Assembly: GCA_963824385.1 (NCBI GenBank) | Contig: CAWGPD010000002.1 | Coordinates: 224,001 to 288,000, forward strand | Reading direction: 5' to 3' | Length of the DNA stretch: 64,000 nucleotides | DNA from: an uncultured Nitrososphaerota archaeon | GTDB taxonomy: Archaea; Thermoproteota; Nitrososphaeria; Nitrososphaerales; Nitrosopumilaceae | Part shown: piece after piece, positions 34,701-44,398 of the stretch | Layout of the letters: each line of letters opens with the position of its first letter | Numbering within the stretch: position 1 is the stretch's first letter | The notes under the pieces: generated by a model | The model's database searches: none | Told to the model about the DNA's origin: nothing | What the model saw: the letters and a program-made list of their open reading frames with translations, nothing else | Made by a program: the position numbers and the translations under genes

Positions 34701-37700
34701 ATCTGATTCAATTCCATTATCCGACCAGCTAACAACACAACTAACAACATCCACATCATTATCTGATTCAATCCCATTATCAGATCAACTAACAACACAG
34801 AGAACAGCCTCTGCTTCCCTATCTGATTCAATTCCATTATCCGACCAGCTAACAACACAACTAACAACATCCACATCATTATCTGATTCAATTCCATTAT
34901 CCGACCAGCTAACAACACAACTAACAACATCCACATCATTATCTGATTCAATCCCATTATCCGACCAACTAACAACACAGAGAACAGCCTCTGCTTCCCT
35001 ATCTGACGCAATCCCACTATCCGACCAGCTAACAATAACCAAATCTCTTAGCACTTCTCTCACTGATTCAATTCCATTATCCGACCAGCTAACCATACAA
35101 CAATCTCTTAGCACTTCTCAATCTGATTCAATTCCATTATCCGACCAGCTAACAACACAACTAACAACATCCACATCATTATCTGATTCAATCCCATTAT
35201 CAGATCAACTAACAACACAGAGAACAGCCTCTGCTTCCCTATCTGATTCAATTCCATTATCCGACCAGCTAACAACACAACTAACAACATCCACATCATT
35301 ATCTGATTCAATCCCATTATCAGATCAACTAACAACACAGAGAACAGCCTCTGCTTCCCTATCTGATTCAATTCCATTATCCGACCAGCTAACAACACAG
35401 AGAACAGCCTCTGCTTCCCTATCTGACGCAATCCCACTATCCGACCAGCTAACAATAACCAAATCTCTTAGCACTTCTCTCACTGATTCAATTCCATTAT
35501 CCGACCAGCTAACCATACAACAATCTCTTAGCACTTCTCAATCTGATTCAATTCCATTATCCGACCAGCTAACAACACAACTAACAACATCCACATCATT
35601 ATCTGATTCAATCCCATTATCAGATCAACTAACAACACAGAGAACAGCCTCTGCTTCCCTATCTGATTCAATTCCATTATCCGACCAGCTAACAATAATG
35701 AAATCAACATCAAAATCCCTATCAGATACAATCCCACTATCTGACAAGCTAACTATAATCAAATCCACTTCTGCTTCCCTATCTGACGCAATCCCACTAT
35801 CTGACAAGCTAATCATCAAGAAATTAACATCCACATCATTATCCGATACAATCCCACTAGCAGACCAACTAACTGCAAAGAAATCCACCTCTATTCACAT
35901 ATCTGATATGATCCCACTAGCAGATCAACTAACAATAATGAAATCAACATCAAAATCCCTATCAGATACAATCCCACTATCTGACAAGCTAACCATCAAG
36001 AAATTAACATCCACATCATTATCCGATATAATCCCACTAGCAGACCAACTAACTGCAAAGAAATCCACCTCTATTCACATATCTGATATGATCCCACTAG
36101 CAGATCAACTAACAATAATGAAATCAACATCAAAATCCCTCTCAGATACAATCCCACTATCTGACAAGCTAACCATCAAGAAATTAACATCCACATCATT
36201 ATCCGATATAATCCCACTAGCAGACCAACTAACTGCAAAGAAATCCACCTCTATTCACATATCTGATATGATCCCACTAGCAGATCAACTAACAATAATG
36301 AAATCAACATCAAAATCCCTATCAGATACAATCCCACTATCTGACAAGCTAACCATCAAGAAATTAACATCCACATCATTATCCGATATAATCCCACTAG
36401 CAGACCAGCTAACAATAATGAAATCAGCCTCTGCTAAACTCTCCGATGCAATACCACTATCTGCTCAACTAACTATAATCAAATCCGCATCAAAATCCCT
36501 CTCAGATACAATCCCACTATCTGACAAGCTAACCATCAAGAAATTAACATCCACATCATTATCCGATATAATCCCACTAGCAGACCAACTAACTGCAAAG
36601 AAATCCACCTCTATTCACATATCTGATATGATCCCACTAGCAGACCAGCTAACAATACAGCAATCCCTTACCAGATCTCTATCTGATACAATCCCACTAG
36701 CTGACAAGCTAACAATAACCAAATCCACCTCTGCCTCACTTGTAGACTCCATCGCACTATCAGACCAGCTATCAGCAACAACTCAAAAACAAACTACATT
36801 ATCAGATTCATTTGCAATGACTGATGCAATCTCTTATAGATTATACAAGGTAGCTTACTTGACTGATGCAATTCCATTAGCATCACCAGCATTATCATTT
36901 GGTGGAGGATTGATAATTGAAGCAAGAGATCTGAACAATGTACCAATTCCAGGTGCAATATACACAATATATCCAAACCCAAGTGGTACATCCACTCCTC
37001 TTGTTATAGCTGATGGACAGTACGTCTCACCAAACGGAGATTATGATAGTTACTCAGGTACTAACAATAATGGAAATGTGATAGTAACAAAGGTACCATT
37101 TGGCTCATACCAGATAAACATGACAACAATACCCTCTGGATATGATGTTCTTGGCAACTCGACAGTATACACACTTCATGGAACCAACTTTAATGGAACT
37201 ACAATATTCAGAATGGTTCCAGTTGGTACAGTATTATCTAACATGACACATACAACAATCACTAGTGCTCCTGACCTAAATGCCACAACATGGAATACAT
37301 GGGTTTACTCATTTAATGCCAAAGTGATTAACGGCAGTACTACTACAAAGGTACAGTCAGTATCTACACTACCAGATATCCAATCAGCTGGAATAAACAA
37401 TACATCTTCTATTAACAAGGCAATACAGAACCAAGCATCAGTTGTTCTATCAACATCTGATACATCGTCTATGACTGGTACTTCTATAATCAACTACCTA
37501 AAGGTGCCACTCTATTCAGTTCCACAATCAAACAAGGTAGTATCAGTATTGCCAAGTATAATTTCAACAGGAAGACTCCACTCATATCAGGTAATATCTA
37601 CGCCACCACTTAATGCAACAATTCCAGGACAGAAAATAATTATCCCAGTACAGCAGAGTGCCATTCCATCAACTGGTGGTGTAAAAGAGATTGATGCCCA

Positions 37701-39698
37701 GTCCAACTCATCGTCACCTCAAGGCAATGCAACAAATGATTGGTTTGTAATCAAATCAGTTAACACACTTCCATCTACATTACCAGTACTTCCAAAGAGT
37801 GACAAGGACATACTATATGTCAATGTGGACTATCAACATGAAGAAAATGGTATTGGATTTGACTGGAGTAAACCACGAAACTTTGAAAAACCACCACAGA
37901 TTGACATTACAGTTACCAAAGAATGTACCTGGAGTAGTGTCAGATTCCAATGGATGTCCAGTATCTGATGTCTTCTTGTATGACCCATCCACAGGAAGCT
38001 GGACTACAAATGCAGTAACAATTATCTCTTCAGCATACAATGGAACTACCAATGCATGTGATGTTATAGTCCAAGCCCCACACTACTCACAATTTGCATT
38101 AGGTGCTCCTGCAGTAGCAGCCCCAGCCCCAGCCCCAGCACCAATTAGTGTAGGATATAGTGCAGGTGGAGCAGGAGCAGGAGGGCCATCTCCATCACCA
38201 GTAGTAAGTTCAGGAGGGGGAGCGAGGAGGGCCTTACTTTAAGATCGAAAAGATATCTTATGATGTATGTGACAAGCAAATTGTAACAATACAGGTTGGA
38301 ACAGGCAGCAACAAAACTGATCCATCTGTAATTGTCAGAACATCTATCAGCGGAGTAGTAGACGCACAGCTTCTACCAGTTCAACCATATGCACAACAAA
38401 ATGTTAACGCTACAGTTAGAGAACTAGTATACCAAGCTACTATCTCTCCAAATGAAAAAGAATTTGAAGTTGTTGCAATAGAGGAAGTTGATAACAATGT
38501 CTATTCAGTAGGAAAGACTGTTGAGGTTACTGGCTGTAGCGAGGAACTCAATCTGGTACAGATTCAAATCGCAGTACCTACTACTGTTATTGATCTTGCA
38601 GCACCAAGAATATTTGACTTTAAATTCCAAGTAGATAACGGAACAAAACAACTTGCAACAGAGCCAACAACGCAATTTGTAGATAATCAACCACTCACAG
38701 TATATGCTATAATAGATTCAAAGACACCAATTGCAACTGCTGATCTAAGATTTACTGATGTCACAAGTACTGATTCTAGTGTATATCACGCTACAACAAT
38801 GGATGTTACTCCACTACTAATATCCAACAGCACGTATATCGTATCAGCAACAATTCCATCAGACTTGTTAGATGCACCTGGAATGAAATATTGGATACAT
38901 GTTGAAAATAATGCCCACAAGGTAGCAGATTCCGATACTGCTACAATAGGAGTAAAACCAGATTATCCAATTGACGGCAAACTAGAGTTGGATGTCTCAC
39001 AAAATAGAGCAGCAGGAACAACAGCAAGACCTGCAGCCTACTTTACCAACAACGGACAGCCAGTGTATGGTACAATCTCACTTGTAGTAGATGGTAATAC
39101 TGTTTACACTTCTCCAGGACAAGTATTTGCCAAAGGACAGACTGCAGTAGGACTAGAATGGCAGACTCAACCAACAGATAGTCTTGTCAATCACAAGATT
39201 GAGGCAGTAGCCAACATATACGACAAGTCATTTACTGTTCAAGCCAACATCATTACCTTCTCATCAATAAAGACCCAATCCATAGCACAACCAATTACTA
39301 TATCTTCAATCAATGACAACAGCGGTAATGCAATTGCTACTCCACAGATTCTCTATTCTTCGTTTAACAATGATGGTAACATGAGATTCAAGGTATCTGC
39401 ACCTGATGGAACATGTGTGATAGGCCCATCTGATGACTGTCTTGTTAAGGACTCGACATTTGATTTGCCAGGACAAATAAAGAGTGTAGTTATAGGCGAC
39501 CAAGTTTTCAGAGTCAGATATTCTGGAACAAATGATCCGCTAGAAAGATTCTCTATCACATCAGTAGATCCTATAGTCGGAACATGGAATGTTGAGATTG
39601 ATTCTCAGGTAGACCTTACACCACAGACACAGGTAATGGAAACTGTCCCACTCAAGATAACCTTTAGACCAGTGGAAATACCATTTGAATCTGATTAG
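19749..39698 (+). CDS. Giant (~6,650 aa) repetitive surface protein: signal peptide plus 2 TM, LamG, MG2-like, Asp-box propeller, ~205-210 x 20-aa repeats, C-terminal domains; broken by 8 single-base indels
   Basis: ORFs 19749, 27525, 28609, 37799 and 38799 join with +1 at ~24710, ~25071, ~25251 and ~25792, -1 at ~26878, and +1 at ~28501, ~37900 and ~38224. The predicted frame matches every ORF start. LamG: FTISAWVKP, WNHLVSTYNG, IYVNG. Asp-box: STDGGNTW, SVDGGNTW. MG2-like: VNTDMSTYKPGD. Confidence 0.88.
24358..36880 (+). repeat. ~12.5-kb coding tandem array of 60-bp units with higher-order 180-bp and 420-bp periods
   Basis: The core tctga...atcccattatctgaccaactaac recurs every 60 bp and translates to (S/T)LSD(S/T/A)IPLSDQLTxx(K/R/Q)xx. 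Confidence 0.97.
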
Positions 39699-39728
39699 TA
39701 AATTTATTTTTATTATCTAATTTCCAAC

Positions 39729-41186
39729 TCAGGGAAATGCAGTGGCTTGTGCAAGATGCGAATCTAATTCTGAAATCTTGATCCTTTCTTGACTCATTGA
39801 ATCACGATTTCGTATTGTAACTGTATTATCTTCCAATGTCTGATGATCAATTGTTACTGCGAAGGGGGCACCTATCTCATCAAGTCTTCTATATCTTCTT
39901 CCTATTGCACCAGAATGATCTAAAAATGCATCATACTTCTTTTTTAACATAAAATACACCTCATCTGTCTTTTCTGCCAAGCCATCTTTTTTTACAAGCG
40001 ATAATACACCAACATGAATTGGTGCAAGATAAGGCTCCAAAGAAAGAACAACTCTCTCATTTTCTTTATCTTCACGTAGTCTATGTTCTATCATAGTATA
40101 GAGACTTCGGTCTATACCCATTGATATCTCAAAGACATGTGGAAGAACCTTGATCTCATCATCAATTACCTCAAATTTTTCCTTGCTTGTATTGGCATGG
40201 CTCTTTAAATCATAATCTGATCTATAGTTACATGCAACAAGTTCCAACCAACCTGTATTGGTTTCTACTTCAAAATCAAAAGCAACTGTTGCATAGAATG
40301 CTTTTTCTTTTTCTCCTAGTTTTCTAAATCTACTTCTATTAACATCAATCCCAGTTTTTTGATAAAACTCCACTAGTAATCCAAGATAATATGCAACAAG
40401 CTTGTTTGGTATTACCCCAGAATCTACAGCTTCCTTACAAGTCATGCTTTTTATCGTATCATCTACCATTATTCTGATTATAGTATTTTCTACCTCTGAG
40501 AATTTTGATATATCGTCAAGCTTCTCTGGATTACAAAAGACCTCAATCTCTGCTTGGTAAAACTCTCTTAATCTAAGAAGACTCTGTCTTGGTGAGATCT
40601 CATTTCTAAAACTCTTTCCAATTTGGGCAACTCCTATTGGAAGCTTTCCTCTCATGGTCTTGAAAAGTCTTGGAAAATCAACAAAGATTGACTGACATGT
40701 TTCAGGTCTTAGGTATGCAGGTTCTCCCTGTGCTCCTATTCCAACCTTGAACATCATGTTGAATTTTTTAATATTTTCAAGACTTCCCTTACATTTGGGA
40801 CATGTAATCTTCTTCTCTTCTATTATTCTATCAAATTCTGTCAAGTCTGCATTTTCAGGAATTATTATTTTGGTAATCTCTTCTATCATTTTGTCTGCTC
40901 TAAAGATTGATTTGCATTTAGTACATGTTGCAATAGGATCTGCAAAGCTTGCAAGGTGACCAGAGGCTACAAAAACATTCTGTGACATAATCTGAGAACC
41001 ATCAATCTCCCACATTCTATCTCTTCTTACTAATTCCCTTCTCCATAGTTCTATGAATTTGTTCTTTAGGCTAACTCCAGACGGGCCGTATTCCCAAAAA
41101 CCTGCATGGGCATCTGAATAGATCTCACAACTAGGAAAATAGAATCCGCGTTCCAGCGCAAGTTGCATTATTTGTTCATAATTCAT
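39729..41186 (-). CDS. glyS: Glycine--tRNA ligase
   Basis: YLRPET, QIGKSFRNEISPRQ-LLRLREF-QAE, PHVFE-S-GIDR and IGRRYRR-DEIG. Confidence 0.95.
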   Translation of the reverse strand: MNYEQIMQLALERGFYFPSCEIYSDAHAGFWEYGPSGVSLKNKFIELWRRELVRRDRMWEIDGSQIMSQNVFVASGHLASFADPIATCTKCKSIFRADKMIEEITKIIIPENADLTEFDRIIEEKKITCPKCKGSLENIKKFNMMFKVGIGAQGEPAYLRPETCQSIFVDFPRLFKTMRGKLPIGVAQIGKSFRNEISPRQSLLRLREFYQAEIEVFCNPEKLDDISKFSEVENTIIRIMVDDTIKSMTCKEAVDSGVIPNKLVAYYLGLLVEFYQKTGIDVNRSRFRKLGEKEKAFYATVAFDFEVETNTGWLELVACNYRSDYDLKSHANTSKEKFEVIDDEIKVLPHVFEISMGIDRSLYTMIEHRLREDKENERVVLSLEPYLAPIHVGVLSLVKKDGLAEKTDEVYFMLKKKYDAFLDHSGAIGRRYRRLDEIGAPFAVTIDHQTLEDNTVTIRNRDSMSQERIKISELDSHLAQATAFP

Positions 41187-41207
41187 AAAAATCCAAACTC
41201 TTCCAAA

Positions 41208-42052
41208 TTAAGCCAATTCTTTTGCCTTATTCAAGTTTCCAATGTCATCTCTTCTTTCATCAATAGGAGTCTCTAAGATTATTGGAATTTTTTTACGGCT
41301 AATTGATTTTACAATATAGCCTAGTCCTTTCTCGCCTATGTGTCCCAATCCAATATGCTCATGTCTGTCCAGATTACATCCTAGTTCTCCCTTTGAATCG
41401 TTCAAGTGTAAAATTTTAAGATGCTCAAAGCCTATTGCTTTATCTAATTTTTCAAGTGTTGATTTTGCCTCCTTTTCAGTCCTCATGTCATATCCTGCAG
41501 CAAAAGCATGGCAAGTATCAAAACATATACCAAATCTTTTTGCAGGTTTTAGCTGAAATAATATAGATAGCAAGCTGATTAAAGATCTGATCCTACACTA
41601 TTTTTTTGACCTGCAGTATTCTCAAGAAGAATCATAACATCGTCTGAAGTTTCTGCGGCAGCCTTTGTAAAGGCCTTTACTAGCATCTCAATTCCTTTTG
41701 CATCTCCTTCACCCTTGTGACTTCCCAGATGTGCAACGATATATGGAATTCCTAGTTTGCTACATCTTTTTATCTCGTCTATGAGAGAACCAACAGATCT
41801 TGCAAAGGGGTCTTCCTCGGGTGAAGATAAATTTGGCAAGTATGGCATGTGGGCAACAGTAGAAAATCGATCAATTTTACTTGCAGCAAGTTTTTCTTTG
41901 AAACTTGCAACATCTTTACTTGCTAGAGGCTTTGCAGCCCATCCACGGGGATTACGAGTAAAGATTTGAAATGCTGTACATCCAGTTGCAACTGCGTTAT
42001 CCACTGCTCTATCGATTGAGCCTGCGATGGATACATGTAATCCAACTAGCAT
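41208..42052 (-). CDS. nfo: Endonuclease IV (AP endonuclease); two apparent +1 indels near 41570-41582
   Basis: GLHVSIAG, QIFT-NPR, H-PYL-NL and LLENTAG in the first ORF; CFDTCH-FAAGY, HLNDS, DRHEHIG and ILETP in the second. Confidence 0.92.
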
Positions 42053-42178
42053 GTGACTAATTTATTTGAGGATAATTTAAACTCGTATGGAATAATTTGG
42101 AAAATTCCTAGTCATGACAAAACACTAGTCAATTGGCAAGATAATCAAATTTTTAAACATAGTAAGAACAAAGAAAAT

Positions 42179-43190
42179 GTGCTAAAAATTGGAATAAAGG
42201 ATCTGGCAAAATATCCTTTTTTGACAGAAGCTGGTGAATATTTAGCAAATACTGGATTGAGTCTTGAACAACTCAGTCATCCTGACTGGAAGCCTATTGT
42301 AGAAAAAGCATATGGTAGAATTGTAGTTGCATCATCTGGTCAAATTTATGGCTCAAGATTTAGAGTCACAAGATAATGATTCTGAATTATTCTCTTTTAT
42401 TGTAGCTATAATCTTACTCAAGTCAGCAGGATATTGCTACACTAATCAGAAGATTTTCTCTGGCAGAAGCTAGAAGATCTGAGAGATTTTTACAACAAGA
42501 TCTTTGGGTAAGCCGAGATAAAAAAAATCTGGAACTTCCATTAAAAATAATTCAGGATCTATTTGCAGTTAAGGTACTATTGATAATGATGAATTTGTGA
42601 TCAAAGTGCCAGATTATCTACAACGGGCTGTACATTTTCATGAAAAGGAATGGAAGTTGGTAAATCGTAGAGTAGCAAATGGATTTGTCTACTTGAGTGC
42701 TCATGAAACAGTCAGATTGATACGTGCTGAACTTGGAGAATATATCAATGGAAAAATTCAATCAGTTAGCATACAATCTATTCCACAAGGCTTCAAGCAA
42801 AGAGTTGAAGACTTGGTTATACTTGCCAAAAAGTTTTCAGACACAACTTTTGTCTCTTCAGAATATCCACCATGTGTTAAACATGGAATTGAAGTTCTTG
42901 AAAAGGGAGAAAACTTGCCACACTCTGGGAGATTCTTGCTTGCTACTTATCTTCTCTCCAAGGGCCAGACAGTTGAACAAATTGCTCCTCTATTCAAAAA
43001 TGCTCCAGATTACAACGAACGAACTACAAAATATCAACTAGAACATATATCTGGCTCATCTGGAAGCGGAACCAAATACCAATGTCCTTCATGCGAAAAG
43101 TTACGAAGTGAAAGTCTATGTTTTGCTACATCTGACTGTGATGGAATTATCAACCCAATACAATTTGGCAAAAAGAGGAAAAATAAATGA
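42179..43190 (+). CDS. priL: DNA primase large subunit; three apparent indels (~42355, ~42431, ~42575)
   Basis: AKYPFL, RRFSLAEARR-E, WKLVNR, YPPC, NLPHSGRF, PDY---T-YQ and Y-CPSC; adjacent to priS. GTG start at 42179 is inferred. Confidence 0.88.
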
Positions 43191-44311
43191 ATGAGAAAAA
43201 TATCTCGTTAATAGAATCTGCATTCAAGGAATATTATTTCAATAGGTTTGATCTCATACATGTTCCAAAAAGAGCTACAGAAAGAGAGTTTGGATATCAA
43301 AAATTTAACTCTGGAATGATCAGACACCTTGATATCAAAAATGACAAGGAACTCCATCTCTTATTAATGAAGGAAATCCCCTCTGATGTATATTGTTCAA
43401 ATGCATACTATACATTTCCAAATCTTCCCATGTCTGAAAAAGACTGGAAAGGAGCTGACTTGATATTTGATATAGATGCAAAAGACCTGGCTTTACCATG
43501 CAGAAAGGATCATACCATATTCAAGTGCGGTTCATGCAATAGTTCTGTAATTGAATACCAATCAACATGCTCCAAATGTGGCTCCACAAAGTTTGAGACT
43601 GCATCTGTAATTTGTAAAAATTGCATTTCAGAATCTAAAAAAGAGGTGTCAAAACTTGTTGATATTCTGACATCTGACTTGAATGTCAAAAAAGAAGAGA
43701 TTGAGGTCTATTTTTCCGGAAATGAGGGATTTCATATACGAGTGACAAATAGTGATTATGAACCATTGGGTTCGCAAGAAAGGGCTGACCTTGTAGACTA
43801 TATTATGTTCAATGGAGCAATCCCAGAATCCTTTGGAATACGAAGACAAGATAATTCCAAGTCTTCTCTTCCCACACTTGAGGAAAAAGGATGGCGAGGG
43901 AGAATTGCTCATAAATTATTTACATCAAAATCAAAGACTCCTAAAATATCCAAGGAGATAATTTCCAGTGGTTATACTGCATTTCAAGTACAATTAGAAG
44001 AAATCAAAAAAACAATGGGGGTAAGGGTAGATCCTAAAGTAACTATGGATATTCATAGAATATTCAGACTTGAAGGTTCGATAAACAGTAAAAGTGGTCT
44101 TTCAAAGATTCAGTGTGTTGATTTGGATTCTTTTGATCCATTTTCAGAGGCATGCTTACTAGGTGATGACAATGTACAAATTCTAGCAGATTGCCCATTA
44201 CAAATTAAACTTAGAAATAAGAAATTTGGACCGTACAAAAATGAGGTAGTTTCTTTACCAAAATATGTTGCAGTTTACTTGTTGTGTAAAGGCTTGGGAA
44301 ATGCAATCTAG
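43187..44311 (+). CDS. priS: DNA primase small subunit with a Cys-rich Zn-ribbon insertion
   Basis: REFG, DLIFDIDAKD, FSGNEGFH and D-KVT-DIHRIFRL-GS. Confidence 0.93.
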   Translation: MNEKNISLIESAFKEYYFNRFDLIHVPKRATEREFGYQKFNSGMIRHLDIKNDKELHLLLMKEIPSDVYCSNAYYTFPNLPMSEKDWKGADLIFDIDAKDLALPCRKDHTIFKCGSCNSSVIEYQSTCSKCGSTKFETASVICKNCISESKKEVSKLVDILTSDLNVKKEEIEVYFSGNEGFHIRVTNSDYEPLGSQERADLVDYIMFNGAIPESFGIRRQDNSKSSLPTLEEKGWRGRIAHKLFTSKSKTPKISKEIISSGYTAFQVQLEEIKKTMGVRVDPKVTMDIHRIFRLEGSINSKSGLSKIQCVDLDSFDPFSEACLLGDDNVQILADCPLQIKLRNKKFGPYKNEVVSLPKYVAVYLLCKGLGNAI

Positions 44312-44398
44312 AGAACCTCTCTATTTGACTTATTAATGGTGTTTTAGAAAAGAAATTGGGTAAGAAATTAATTTGACACAAAGGAAGGTAGACTAATT

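Noticed and set aside
27719..35888. Numerous minus-strand ORFs (VSWSDNGIES..., MLAGRIVG...)
   Set aside because: They are antisense shadows of the periodic plus-strand coding repeat and recur with its 180/420-bp period.
24358..36880. CRISPR array or non-coding satellite
   Set aside because: The units are contiguous, in multiples of 3, lack unique spacers and translate into a coherent protein repeat; no cas genes are present.
9190..39698. Prophage or integrated mobile element
   Set aside because: No integrase, transposase, terminase, capsid or att-like flanking repeats were seen, and the proteins carry export signals.
42053..42178. N-terminal extension of the 42053 ORF
   Set aside because: PriL-like sequence begins near the GTG at 42179; the upstream part overlaps the divergent nfo/priL promoter region.
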